A stretch of DNA of 63,977 nt, counting the filler, from Cladosporium halotolerans (taxonomy: Eukaryota): NCBI RefSeq assembly GCF_011745625.1. It is 7 parts of 7 records of this genome, joined end to end, with 100 filler letters (N's around TTAATTAATTAA, not from the genome) between each part and the next. Parts side by side here need not be neighbours in the genome. Positions count along the whole stretch, not along the records: positions 18,959 to 28,263 come from NW_027191608.1; positions 28,364 to 37,573 come from NW_027191609.1; 5 more parts are not named here. One strand, written 5' to 3'. Numbering within the stretch: position 1 is the first letter of the stretch; each line of letters begins with the position of its first letter. The notes below the pieces were generated by a model. The model made no database searches. It saw only the letters and a list, made by a program, of their open reading frames with translations, and was not told the origin of the DNA. Positions 22,092 to 35,532 of this stretch are shown piece by piece. Position numbers and translations under genes: made by a program.

Positions 22092-24816
22092 GCGTGGTAG
22101 ATTCAACCGCCATGTTCGATTAGACTGGCGTTTCTGCATTTCGATAGCGATTGTATAAAAGACTAGTATGATGAGTACTGCTAGGTGGTCAGACACGAGC
22201 ATCGCGTCTGCCAATCTAAGTTACATATCTGACGATGTGCTGGTGTGTTTGCTACTGTTATAACACCAATTGATTCACTTACTGCGCAAGTTGACGACAC
22301 TACGATATGCTCGAGGTGAGTTTACAACAAAATTTATCCTCCAGAGGTCTCGGCGATCCTGCCGCTCACATGTTTCCTGCGATGGTCAATGGTGCAATTA
22401 AGTCGCAAACATGACAGCAGGGGCGTCGAACCACTCATTGCTTACCCCAACCCTAACCCTGGCAGCCCACATCCCAGAATGAGAGTCGACATGGAAAGTG
22501 CTTCGGCACAAGCTGGTCACGGCGACGACGCTCAGACGACTAACGTCACTTGCCTGATGATTCCATGGTGACGACGATAAGACCAGGTCTTATGGGTATG
22601 CGTGCAGCTCACCAGTTGTGACCGAAGCTGAGACAAAAGGACTTGCTGGGCAGCTGCGGCTGTGGAAAGACTGGGCTGCTCGTCGGACGGCTGCACCACA
22701 GGTGTTGGACGATTGCCAAGATTCAAGCAAAAGCCCACTCGTATTGCAAGGTTGCGTGCAAAGGTCTCGCAAAAGCTTCGATTATGAGTGTATGCAGAAG
22801 TGATTACTATACTGTACCTGAATTTACTGTAATTCACCAGCTCAGGACTTGGTCTTCGTCTGGATCACCAGTAGCGCGTGAGGAACAAGCTCGGCTCATC
22901 TTCGTCTCGTCCTGCGGCTGGCTTATTTTCGGGCGGTGTCGGCCCGAACCCTGTCCAAAGCGGCCACGCGCCATGCTTGATCCATGATGCTCGAGCCTGT
23001 CACGGCTAAGCGTCGAATCATCGACGGCAGCGCGAGCGTCAGTTGACCTCCCACCTCGCAATACCATGACACTCATTCATGCGCAGGTGTGCCGCACTCT
23101 CGATGGCTTCCCAGCTCTACACCTTGCAAGTGCAGTACAAGCGTGGGACTCTTCCCTTCGCTTGGCAGTGCGGTGTTTGAGAGCGTCCGTCACGTCCATC
23201 ACGTCCATCGGTTGCCGCTGCGGCGCTGTGCTGCGAAAGGCTCGCGACGCTCACCTCAACTTAACCAGCGCAACCTCCCACAGCCATGCCATGGTCGCAT
23301 CCTCCTACGCGAGAGATCGTCGTCCAAAATGAGGACGAACAGCCTAACGATGCAACTGTGCGGTTTTCGACTTCCGCCTTGACAGCTAGGAAAAGGCACC
23401 AATATATTGGAGCGCCGCACCAAGAGATGGGACATCACTCTCGTGGCAGGAGTTGAGAAGGGACAAGGTTCCACGAAGCTGCTGAAGCGCCAAGGCCCGA
23501 TCAAGACTTCCAGAGAGTATCGGTCTGCTTCTTCTTCCAACAACTAAGCGGACGGCTTGCGTCATGCTGACCAGAACATGCCGTCGGCCGAGGACAATGC
23601 TTGCCGAATCGTTGCTATCGTGGGTCGCTGGCGTCTCGTGTTCCCGGCTGAGGCAACAGTCGTGGCTGTTCGCTATGGCTGAATAATCGACTGGCTCACG
23701 CTCGATGAGGCTGCACGTCGATAATCCGCCATGTGTTTTCGTTTGCATGGCCGAGGCGTCAGTATCATGAAGGCTCCATCTGTGGCAAGAGAGGCCGAGA
23801 TTTGCGAGGGAGCGGGGCCCAGGGTACGCTCTGAGCCGGGCGGTCTGGCGGTCGTGGGCGTCGCTTCGACCGCATCGGCTTGCCCCAAAGGCGGCCAAGC
23901 CAGCGCGACTTCTGACTACAATGGCGCAGGTTGTCTGATGCTCCTGTGCGTGACGAGAAGCTGGCCTGAGTATGGACAACACATCCGAGCAGCCGGGACG
24001 TATTCCCATTCGCGCCTCGATATTTCGAGGGGCGTCGAGAAGACATTGGACCGCCGCTGCGGAAGACAAGATACCAGGAACATGTGGACGGAGCCGCGGC
24101 ACATTTCAGTACTGTAAGACACCGACTTGTCTCGAATTGGTGATACACGTTTACAAATGTCGGCGTGCCTATCTCCTCAGCAGCCCGAGCAAGAGGGCCT
24201 TCGCGATCAGCACTGCGGACAACAAGTGCATTCGACGTCGGGATGGGCACCGGTCTCCAGGCGTACCACACAGTCAGCCATGTCATTCGGATCTCGCGGC
24301 TGGACCTTGCGATTTTCAAGCGGATGAGCACAGTTTGCACTGCATCACCTCACTTGGGTGACCGGGGACGGTGCACAGACCATCAATCTGGATTGATGGT
24401 CGGTGCATGAGTCGCCATTGCTCACGCCTCGCAAAAGCCTCGCTCGAACGCCAGCAGCCACGCTGTCCCGAATGTGCTACAGTACCTTGTGCGATGCGAT
24501 CGATCCATGTCGGATCACTCGCATCGTCGCTCTGCCAAGATGCGCTGCCGCCACCCGTCCACCATCCTCGCAGTATCCACAAAAACGCCAACACCAACAT
24601 GCTCTTCCTCTGCTCGGACCTGACCGAAATGTCGCATGTGGATTTCACCGAGCCTGACTTCGTCCAGGTACTTCCTGCTGGCAATGCTGATCCGCCATGA
24701 ATGGTAAGACAGCCACGCTTGCCACTTCAAAATGTCCTGTGCGGGGCGTGGGCACGCCGGCGGGCGGTAAAGGCTGCACCGTGGCTGAGGCTGGAGGCTC
24801 TCACCCGTGCCACAGT

Positions 24817-25374
24817 CTACCAGGGCAAAAGCTTTTTGCGGACCCAGGCACGCGAGAATTTGGAATCTGGAGATCTGTCAAAAATCGCTCCCGTGAGGTC
24901 GTAGAGGATTACCAACGTCCACGTCACGACTTCTGCGTACTGAAGCAACTCGTTGGGGTTGGTGGAAGACCACTCATCAAGGCCGTGTTGATAGATGTAG
25001 ACGTATACGTCTGCGAACAAGCACCCGCGTGCTCCAATCCGATACTCCGCCAAATCGTGGTGCGATTGGGGCACGGCTTCCGTGTCGACCTCCAACGTCA
25101 CTATGGACTGGTGAGTCACTTTCGTGCTCGGCTTGAGGTTGAGTGCGTTTCCAGGCCCGATCAGCCGGAGCCAGATTGGGGCTGTCCCGTTGACCTCGGC
25201 AGAGAGCACGAGGATCCTGTCCACTTCGGTGGTCCAGACTGCACGTCCGATGTTATCCCACAGCGGGGCGAAGATGAAACCGCTGGGTCCTGTGGCCTCG
25301 TGCAATCCGGTCGTCGTCGAGTGTCGGTCGCTTTCTGCATGGTGGCTTCTCGAGTCTGTCGGGTGTCTTCCCAT
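24817..25374 (-). CDS. Hypothetical protein, possibly part of a decayed longer gene
   Basis: Globular-looking composition (APLWDNIGRAVW..YAEVVTWTLVILYDL). No family recognised. Confidence 0.3.
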   Translation of the reverse strand: MGRHPTDSRSHHAESDRHSTTTGLHEATGPSGFIFAPLWDNIGRAVWTTEVDRILVLSAEVNGTAPIWLRLIGPGNALNLKPSTKVTHQSIVTLEVDTEAVPQSHHDLAEYRIGARGCLFADVYVYIYQHGLDEWSSTNPNELLQYAEVVTWTLVILYDLTGAIFDRSPDSKFSRAWVRKKLLPW

Positions 25375-25941
25375 CTTGATTCGAGGTGTCGATGCCTGGC
25401 CGCATTTGCTGGAAGCTTGAGGCTGAGCGCAGACGGTGTGGTGTGGGTTGGAGAAAGGGTAGCAATGGTTTGGGGAAACGCGTGAAAAGCCCCCCTTTCC
25501 AAGGCAGACCTGAAGACTCGACAACAGACAATCGAGGCACTGGCTGCAATTTCGGTTGCAACCCCTGAGCTGACTTGCCAATCGTCGAAAGTGGCGCGAC
25601 ACGCTGCCAGGGCAAAGAATGACTCGTGGCAGTGAACTGATTGCCACGGTGGATCAGTTCTTCGTCGAAAGGAGGCACACTAGCTGCGAGATATCGTATC
25701 CTTCGCGTATGTTGAGGCAAGGCAGGTAGTAGGGCGCAGGCGTCCCATGCATGAGGGATGTGCAAGTCCAGGCAGCAACAGTCGCTAGGCCCGGGAAGGG
25801 CTTACTTGGAGGGCTCACAAAAAGCACGACGGTCTACATGGTCGGCTTCCAAAGACACGCAAACTTGCATACATCATTTCTACACCTATTCCATCCACGT
25901 CTGCGCTTCTCAGGTATACACTTCTTTGAACATTCTCGACC

Positions 25942-26499
25942 ATGGCCCAGCCGAAGCACGATACGCAGGAGAATGCTGAGTTCTCCGTTGAAGTTTTTGT
26001 TTATGGTGCAGTCGAAATCCGCGCAGCAGCATGGCCGAGCGCCTGCTTCAACAGAGGGCCTGTGAGAATTAAAATGAAGTGCCCCGGCTGGGGAGTCTAC
26101 AAAGCTTCGGCGGACCTGGCACCTATACCATTCAACGCGCGAGCTCGAGTCTCGCAGAGCCCTCGTGCCGGTAAAAGTTCAGCTTCCGCTCAGGCATGCT
26201 CCGACCCATCAAAGAATTCCGATCAGCGTGGTGGCACTACAGAAGCTTTCGAAACGTTTTCGACAGGCAAAACCCAGTCTTCGGAAGGCTCTGCATGGTG
26301 CCCCGATGGCCGTGCCGCGCGTCAAGACAGTCAAACACCAACTATACCCGACTCTTTCTGCTCTCGAGTTCCCAAACGAATGCGTTCCGGGCGCCAGAGC
26401 GCTGACCCGCTTACGAGCGAGTGTGGACCTGCGCGCAAGTCTGTACGCGTCAGCCAAAGGCAGAAGACGGCAAGAGCCATGCACGAAAGGAGTCCTTAG
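25942..26499 (+). CDS. Hypothetical protein (185 aa)
   Basis: ACCATGG start context, divergent from the previous ORF. No family recognised. Confidence 0.3.
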   Translation: MAQPKHDTQENAEFSVEVFVYGAVEIRAAAWPSACFNRGPVRIKMKCPGWGVYKASADLAPIPFNARARVSQSPRAGKSSASAQACSDPSKNSDQRGGTTEAFETFSTGKTQSSEGSAWCPDGRAARQDSQTPTIPDSFCSRVPKRMRSGRQSADPLTSECGPARKSVRVSQRQKTARAMHERSP

Positions 26500-29400
26500 A
26501 TTTGGAGCGCGCCTCGGTGCGCAGTTGCCAGAGGTAATGCAGTGGGCGCTCATTCCCTTTCTTTGCAGTGGCGACACTTCTCATCAAAGAACCGCATGTC
26601 CGCGCACATAGCATGGGCTTCAATACTTGCAGAAAGCACCCGATATTGTTTCAGCCGTCGCGCACTCGAGTCCATACTCTTTCCTTCAATCGTCCCAGTA
26701 CGACAAGGTCCCATCGATCGATACAGTTCAAGAAAGAATTTGATCAAGATATCAAGCGCCTTTCCCGCCTCCAAGCTTGTGGGACAAGTTCCAGATGGCA
26801 CAATGCTTGATATGTCCTGGCCGTGGCCACGCGATGGTGTCGTGCTAGACGCCTTCCTTAACGCAGAGACTGCAGATGGCTGCAGCGGCCGAACATCTCC
26901 AGCCACGACGAGATGAGTGAAGGGCCCTGACGAGGCTGGAAGAGTCTGATCCGGCGTCTTGAAGAGTTTGGAAGGGTCGACGTAGAGGGGGTTTCCAGGA
27001 ACGTAAGGCTGCCGATGCACCATATACCCTTGTTCGGACATTATGGGCTGCGACGAGTGGGTGGCTTTGCCTGCAGAGAAAGTGGAGCGCGCGTTCGTGC
27101 CAGACGTATCAGGGGGGTTTTGCTGTCGAAAAAGGAAAGCAGCGTGGTGGCGACGGCAATTTGCAGGATGGCAAGGCAGTGCGGTCGAAGAACGTCTCCC
27201 ATAGACCTGCAGGAGATGGATGAGGACAGCTGCATGGCGGAGAGGTCATTCAGCGCGCAAGGCCGCCTGGTTATTGGAGATCGAGAGGACTGCACGGACA
27301 ACGCGACCGTATCGGCGAGGAGCCAGCGCTTAGCTCAAGTAGGAATGGCATCGACACCGCCGCGACATTTGCTCGTGTCGCGCTAGGCCTGAGAGGCGTC
27401 CTATCTCTAGCGAAGGTACCAAGCCGGTGGCCGGGCGGGCGGGAGGCCGAGCGTTCAGATGTTGAAAAGGGCTGAGTTTGACTCTGGCAGCGTTGCTGAC
27501 TGGGGCATCACACCGCAAATGGTGGTGAGCCGGGAGAAATAAGGGCCAGGTTCAAGCCTGAGCGAATCACCGTCAAGACTTCTCTCAGGCGGTTGAGGTC
27601 TGAGGAGGTTGCCGTCATGACCCCTCTTAAGCGAGACGGTCTTACGCAGGCTTATTGAACGACACGACGGAGGAACGCTTCGTATGTGACTAGCGAGAGC
27701 CTGCCGAAATTGACACCGTCGCTGGCTGTGTGCAGTGGGGTCTCCGGATCTTCGGACAAGGGCTTCGGCAGGCCATTTTGTGTGACGGACGGACGGGCCA
27801 GGGCCCAGAGACTTGCGTCTTGCCGCTTCGGTCGGTCAACGAGCTCAATCGAAGATTCTTAAGCTTAATCGAAGATGCTTCCAGTTTCGGACGGTGCGGG
27901 ACAGGACACGACGCCCCCGACATCAATACCATCTTGACAAAGGCCGACATGGGGAAAGCTGCTCGCCATAAGCTTCATCATCTCCACTATCTACAGCGTT
28001 ACATCCGCAACATCAGTCCCATCCGAACCACCCTCCAGTCACTCGACGAAGATCCGTCGCACTGGTCCTCCCATGCTTCTCAATCCACAAATCCACAGCG
28101 ACCGCCGTTGCACAATCTGAAGTCTGACATCTCCGCAATTCAAAGAATCTTTGCCAGCTTGGGGAACTTCGCTTTCAGTACCGCCACCCAAGCGGGTGCT
28201 GAGACGGTCCGGTCGTTCACCGTGGCTGTGTCCCACTGCGACGAAACTGTCGTCACAGGACCANNNNNNNNNNNNNNNNNNNNNNNNNNNNNNNNNNNNN
28301 NNNNNNNTTAATTAATTAANNNNNNNNNNNNNNNNNNNNNNNNNNNNNNNNNNNNNNNNNNNNGAGTTGACGAATGGTCAAGAAAGAAGGCCCCAAAAGA
28401 CTTGGTACCACACGGTCCGGATGAGCACGAGTGGGCACCGAAAATCGGCAAGACATGTGAGAGGTGTTGGTAAGTTATGCTGCACACAACATGATGCTGA
28501 AGGCAAAACGGGTTGACTCCGACGATGGCATGGTACGTATTACTGTTTGTCGCGGCCGGAAAATTCGTAATGGTCGTACTATCCGCATGGCAATATGTAT
28601 CAGACCAGAGGAGGTGAAGACACGCGTGTCCGAAGCCACGAGAATGTCGGCGTTTGCAGTCTCCGGTCTGATCCTTTCTGAGGTCTATTCCTGAGTGGCA
28701 ATTGCGTAGTGATGGCAGAGTCTCGTTGAGGCCTTTCTGCGCTCCAGCAATTTGATGACAACGTGGCTTTCGCCAATTTGCTAGGCGATAGCAAAGATTC
28801 GATGTGATAGCTTAGTCTCGATCAGGCTTTCGAGGGTCTAGGGAAGCAGACTTGACGTCATCTACTGTAGGTCGAGCTCGATCTCAAAGCACGGCATCAG
28901 GTTGGTTCTAAAGAAGAATCAGTCGATTCGGAACTGCTGCGGATGAAGCGACCATCTTGGCGCTTGGGATTGTTCGGCAGTTCAGGGCCGCACCTAGCCG
29001 AACGGCTGTTGAAGAAATCTGGAGATAGAGAAGTTGAAGGACTCGGATGGACTGAGGAAGTCCTTGCAGAAGTCCATGGCTCTCGACCATCAGGTACCGT
29101 TAGGTACTACTAATGCCGCCATATGAAGAGAAGCCCCTTTACGAGGGCGCAATGCCAGATCGTCATCACAGCATGCCGAGATTGCGATACGCTCCCTTGG
29201 AGAGTCTATCGAAGAACTGCCTACATAAGCACGTGAGAGTGCACTTACGCCAAAGGCGCAACAGTGGACGGTCGAAGGATAATTGCGCACTCTGATCGAG
29301 TACAATAATGTGATGTAGGGTCCTGCGTTGTATGATAGATAGACATGGCCAAATTCTGCCTTGACGACAAATCCCTCGCTCGAGCCATATTCTGTCCCCT

Positions 29401-30685
29401 CATGTCATACTCGCCTGTTATTTTCATCCCTGTCATTCTCATCCCTGTCGTGCGCGCGCTTGTGTCGGTCTGGCTGTCCGATTTCCGCAGAACCTCAGTC
29501 GTCAGTGGCCGTGGTGCTACCGACTTGTCGCAGTATGGCTGTTGCCCTTCTCTCCTTCTCTAAGTTTACTGACTTCTATAGATCGGAGTCGACTCCAAAT
29601 CTGAGTCTTCCTCGTCAGACGCATGTTGAAGATGGGAGCAGGCTTTCGATTGTTCCACAGCTGGTACTCCTCGTCGAACAAGAACATGCACGGCTCGTCA
29701 ATGCATTCAGGGATATCGTGTGATTCGGTCGCTGTCGATGGTACGCGGAATGGTCCTGTGCTTGTCAGCCGTGCACGTCGCGTTTTGTTATGCTAAGTAG
29801 CTGCCACAGACCCATCCTTCCGCTGATTACAGTGATGCCTTTTGTTGATGCTGGCAGGAGGCGGGAGACGAGAGATCGGATCGCTTCGTCGTTAGCTCGT
29901 TGAGCTGCTCACCAGATCAGTATCAAGGTGTGAAGTGCGAAGAAGGTGGCGTGGGGAAGATGGTTGTGATTACATATAAAAGCAAGGACTGGAGTGGGCG
30001 GTTCCAATCACTCAACCGCGCGTGCAATCCCCTAAGCGCACGTGCAAGATGTAGTGGATCTGGATTGCATGCTACCCAGTGAGACGCCATCTTCTCGGCA
30101 CTTCCTCTCCTGGGGTCAAAACCGCAGTCGCCATTCCATGGCGGCGGCGAGAGTACTATGCGGTGGCATCGTTCTTGTAGGCAGATGTACAGTACGTCAC
30201 GAATGCAACTCACCACCGTCATATGGCATCACTGTACTAATCACATGCGCGGAAACAGTTGTCGATTTACTTTCTCCAAACGCATGCCCAGTGATTGAAG
30301 GCCTCGTTTGCCCCTAAGACTCCAGGAGTATCCTTTGTCCGCCGTAGCCCCATAACCACACCACTTACCGTCGACGATAGCTTTACGCAGGTCAAAAGAA
30401 ACGCTTGCTGCCAATTTGGCATTCTTTGTTCTCATTTAGCATGACTGGCTAGATGCTTGTGTACTAGATGTAGGTTGAGGAGCCCCTGCCCAGTCCGCGG
30501 CTGCAACTTTGTAACTCTCCCTCTGCCCGCAATTCGATCTGCTCTGATGGACGTAGCTTCCTTGCACATCGGCAATTTTCCGGCAGCTCTGAAAGATGGC
30601 ATGGGTGTTTGGTGCGCCACTTGGCCCCGACGGCGCATTTGCGGCCTACTGCTCTGAACTGCTGCTCTGGGACTGCTGGCCGAGT

Positions 30686-32639
30686 CTACCGCCATAGCGC
30701 CATCGATATGATCATTTGCCCACAGCGAGTTTGATGCTGCGTTGGGACCGGTATGTCGTGTTGGAGTGGCGTTGGAAGAGGCTCCAGCGCTTCAACGCTA
30801 GGCTTCGGCCGTACTAGTTGATCTGAGATGGTTTCCACGGCTTTGGAGGCCCGGATTTGGTTGTCGGCATTTTTACAGCGCACAGGTGAGGCCAGGGACC
30901 CGACGAATCTCTCAGACCCATCGCAAAAGGATATGCGGCTTGCTCTGAAAGGCTTATCATCCTTCGGCGTTCTTCTTGCTTCTGTGACTGTAAAGCTTGA
31001 GCCCAGCTCAGATTTGACTGTAGTTTTTGGGTCATGCAACATTTCAGACTCGAAGAAACACCGGACGAAGCTCCGCGCGACCACTAGGGGAGAAGTGTGA
31101 TCTGCGAAATTTGCTGCATTACCTCTATGTAATACATCGTCGAGTGTGATCGCCTGCCAGTGATGGAACAGCGCCATCGGAGGACGTCCAGAGCGGTCTT
31201 GCAAGCGGACCTCTTCAAATCGTTCCATCGAGGCCGGTCGTGGCGTCTCTGACCCTTTCTTATTCTCCTTTCGACGCGTACGAAGTGACTCGATCACCTC
31301 CGATCTGAAACCGCGTGAGTGAACAAAGGACGCGTGTGCTGATACGGCTGGGTCCTCGTGAAGCGTCGATTCCGCCGGGGCTTTGTGGCCAACCTTCTTC
31401 AGCCCGTGACTCCTCACCAAATTCAACTTTGGATAATTCTTGATGGTGTACAACCAGATTTCGACGTACCTCGCTACAAAGTCCTTGCCGTCTCGGGCGA
31501 ACGAAGCACGACAAGCTTCTCGGAGGCTGCACTTCCTGCCCGGCCACAATTGCCGTAAAGGGTTGTAACAAAGCTCCAGCAGGGCCACATCTGCATGGAA
31601 AGTGCTAAAAGTGAGTACCTTCTCGCAGGCCAGAGTTCTGGCCAGCAGGTCGGCGCGTGGCCGCCTCTCGCTGACAGCGCTGAAAACGGCAGAGGCCTGC
31701 CACGCCTTGTCTATTAAAAACGCATCACGCGCGGAATGCGCTGGCATCCGAAGGCACAAGAGCTTCACCGTGGCTGTGTCCAGACACTCCGGCATCACAA
31801 TCTCATCGAGAATGCGTGACCAGACATGATGCAGACACTTGAGGTAGTGATACACTTCCTGCAGCGATGTTAGCTTGCGCTGTCGCAGCGGGTGCTCAGA
31901 TAGCGAGACGCGCCTCGCGGCAACGTAATGGTAGCACCCGGTTCAACGCTCCAGGCTGGAGATCGACCCAAAGAGCGATGTAAGGAAGCAATGGCGTGAA
32001 TGCGGCGAGCAGTCTTCCCTCGTCGACGATTCGAATCTCCCGCAAATTGCGTTGCTTGCGTGGCGTCAGCATTTGCGACCAGCGAGTGGCCTCGATTGCA
32101 TCGCTTCTACGTTCGGCATCGAGCACCTGCCTGAAGATCTCTCCATCGGTGGGTCCGATCTTGGGTCTGTACTCGCAACGGATGTGGTTCTGAGCGGCGT
32201 CTGGCAGGCCTGACAGAGCGGTGGTTAGCACTTTCGAGGTCCATCGAACCAGCAGGCATGCTCACTGACCACAGTCGTACAATTTTGCAACCCACCATCG
32301 ATCCGATTCCTGGAAATGGCGATTCGCCGCCAGGACTCTGTGCTTACCACGTAAGCAAGTCGCTTTCATACAGAAGCGTTTTGACGGCAGCACATGGCAC
32401 GATGACCCTCGATCCAAATGCCTCATGGACTCCTTTCCGAAAACGTCGCTGTCAACCATCACCGAGATAGCATGTGTCTCATCATCCCGACGACACCCTT
32501 GTAGCTTGAACTCCTTCAGCAATCGCTCAACTCTTTCTTTGTCTGTAACCCCTCCGTCTAGGAACTCTACGTTCGCAAGTTCCAGCAAAGCATACCCTCG
32601 AAAGTGTTCGCGAATTTCGGAGTGTACATCGCAAGGCAT
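30686..32639 (-). CDS. DUF3723 family protein (Starship-associated)
   Basis: Three exons: VERLLKEFKLQGCRR..CLRGKHRVLAA..WWVAKLY / TDGEIFRQ..LLPYIALW..LRCRE / EVYHYL..LDTATVKLLCLRMP..VLTFSTFHADV. The second intron (31859-31913) has a GC donor. Confidence 0.85.
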
Positions 32640-33098
32640 GTCGAAATTGTGACTCAGAAGCGGGAAGGAAGCATTAGGATTCGGGTGTCGGTCTGACCAG
32701 GTGTTTTGAAGCAGTGAAGAAGATAATATCCAACGCTGAAACAAATCAGAGCTCTTTTGGAAGAGGATTTGCTCCCAAGGATGGCGCCAAACACATCCTG
32801 TGGAACGCAAGTGGAGGGAGGAAGGCAAGAAGTCAGGGCCAAAGACGGTGACAGGATGTGAGGGGGGAGGGAAAGTGAGGGGGGAGGGAAAGAGAGGGGA
32901 GGGGGCAGGTGAGGAACTCCGCGAGCAAAGCCTATGCCTCCTGCTCACGCACGAGACCCCTCATCTCCGATCTTCGCGTGTCTTCCTACATCCACCAAGC
33001 GAACAAAAGACCCGGATTTCCCCACAACATCGCTCGTGCAAAATTTTGTTTCTTGTTCATCGTGTTATGATTCCTCAGGTTGACGCCACCAACACACC

Positions 33099-34018
33099 AT
33101 GACGGCTGACCAGCCAGGAATCTGTACGGCCCAAACTGTCGACATCATCTGTCCGGACGGTGACCTTTTGCTTCGAGTGTCTGGAAAAGGCCGTGAAGGG
33201 CTGCTGCTTGTTTCTTCCCGTACCCTCGTTGAAGCATCCGAGAGCTTCTCCAAGCTGCTACAAACAAGAAGACGTGGTCGCGCTCCGGTCGAGTTCTCTT
33301 TTACCAACGAGCTGAGCGTTCCAGACGACCGCGAGGCGTTGTTGGCAATCTGCAACATTCTACATGGACACCACGAAAGGGTGCCTCATGCATTGAATCT
33401 CAACTTACTGAAAGAGATTGCTCAGTCCTGCAACAGACATCAGTTGACAGGAGTCCTCTTCACGTGGATTGAGAAGTGGCTGGATCATGCGCTTTGCAAT
33501 GCACGTGGAGATGAATCGTACGCCGTAGCTGCCATTGCCCTCGATCTTGGTGTCTCGTCGGCTCTCGGTCGACATGCCTGTTGGCCTTCTGAAGGAACTG
33601 CTGGGAGAACGGAGGAGACTGTAGGTGGGTGTGAACGATCATTGAATGGTCTCTACTTTACATACTCGTTGTCTAAGACTGACGTTTCCGTGCAGGTGGC
33701 TTCCAATTGCAGAAAACACAAGTCATGCTCAAAGCTGTTGCAGCCCTCCGAAATTACTCCCTAGATGGGTATTACATTTCTCCCGAGTGTAGTGAAGGCC
33801 ACCTGGGGCTTTGGAAGGCGGAATTTGAGCGTCGCGGGTTGTGGCCAATGGAATGGGCAGTTCAAAATTACACCGTGAGCGGCCTTCTGGAGGTCCTGGA
33901 GAATCTCAACACACCTTCATCGATACACGGGTGTGGCTGCAGAGGTTTGAACCCCGAGCTTCCTCAGAATCTCCGTGATGCCGTCTGCCAGACGCTCGAC
34001 CAATTTCATGCCGCTTGA
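33099..34018 (+). CDS. BTB/POZ-like domain protein
   Basis: ICPDGDLLLRV..LLVSSRTLVEASESFSKLL..PDDREALLAICNILHG. Intron 33625-33695 joins in frame to the 33707-34018 ORF. Confidence 0.8.
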
Positions 34019-35532
34019 ACACCGAGAGGGATGTTGCTAGGCCCTCACACAGCAACAAATGGATTCGGTGTCTCGGCGGGGCATACTTCGTCCGCATGTT
34101 TCGTCCGCATAGCGTAGGAACATCGTTTACCGACAGGTCTTGGTCGCAAGTTTAGAGCACATGACGAACGTGGGGTCAAGTATGCTGGGACTGAGGCGAG
34201 CCCACGCTGGAACGGGACTACGGTCACATTATGTGACTCAGACTCACTGTGCAGTAATGTATGAAAACCGAGACCTTTGTGCTGTTCATTTATAGTCGAT
34301 TGCGGAACCCGTGTCCAGAATTGCGATGTTATTGTTATAAGCTCTCCGCGCGGCAGCTTCCGCACATTGGCTCTAAGCCGCATGCAGATAAGCTCAAACT
34401 CGATCTGGCTTAGGGCTCGGCGAGCGGCATCTGCCGCGTGAGGATCAGCCAGAAAGAGAGCTGCTTTCACCAATATGCTCCTCGCACTTCGAGCGCATGC
34501 GGTACGCATGTTACGCTCACGGCAACCGCCACATGCACTTGATTGAGCAAGTGGTGCAAGCACGGTGCTTGGCGGCCATGTGCGCATGACCTGCGGAGCG
34601 CAGGCGAGTCGCAGGGATATCACAATAGCAACTGGTCTTGACATGCGCCAGCGATACATCTGGCTAATGCTGCGAAGTCGACACCCTCCCGCACGTCAAC
34701 TGTAGCTCTCGTGATACCAGATAACGTTACTGTACGGGCTTCAAGCTCTTCTACTGCTGCTGTCCAGCTCTGTCCCCATGGACAAGACTTTTTCTCTGTC
34801 CCAAATGCCAGATCTCTGCGCTGTGCCCAAGGACAGATCTTTGCGTTGTCCACTGATCTGCCAGCCAGCCAGCTATCTTCTGCAGCGCCGAAAGCCGTTT
34901 TGAATGTCCGCGTTTCAAGGTCAAGATGTCGCCATCGTCTCGGGACTCGGCCGCGGCGGACTTGCAAAGCAAGATGCTGACCTGGGGGTCTTGTTGACTG
35001 GCAAGAACGTCCTTCCTGCTCCCGGTACTGTAGGCCCCGCGGAAGATCTTCTCTGACCCAGGCACCTCCGACAGATCGATTGAACCAGAGCGATCAGACG
35101 GCGATCTAGGGTGGTAGCGTCGACGGGCGCTGCGGGCAACAAGCCGAGCGACTCCCCCACTCGTCGAAGGCGGCGCAAAATTCCCTCCGCACAGCTTGGT
35201 CAGGCAATTTGCCCAGATGGAAGTGAACGGCGGCTGGCGCACCACCAGTGCAAGAAGAGGGTGAGTGCTGGAGTGTAGGCGTGATGGGTGAGCAGACCCG
35301 TCGGTCCATTGTCCATCAGGGAGAGTCTGGTGCCGGCGACTGGCCCAGACTTGACGAAGCAATGATCCACGGTGAGAAAGCTTCCTCAACACCACCTTGG
35401 TAGGGAGGCCGGATTGCGGCGAATCGGACTCGGAAGCTCAAGGGTGGCGAATCCATGCGAGCGGCCAAAGTGGAAGGAACCGTTGAATGCGAGGCTTCGG
35501 CATGCCCTGAGGCAAAAGCATGCCCTGGAGCA

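Noticed and set aside
22445..22460. Telomere-like CCCTAACCCT (also near 55590 and 56425)
   Set aside because: Fewer than two full units; not an array.
28600..29080. Minus-strand frame with several TAG stops that may be a RIP-mutated gene
   Set aside because: No recognisable family, so it cannot be supported as a feature.
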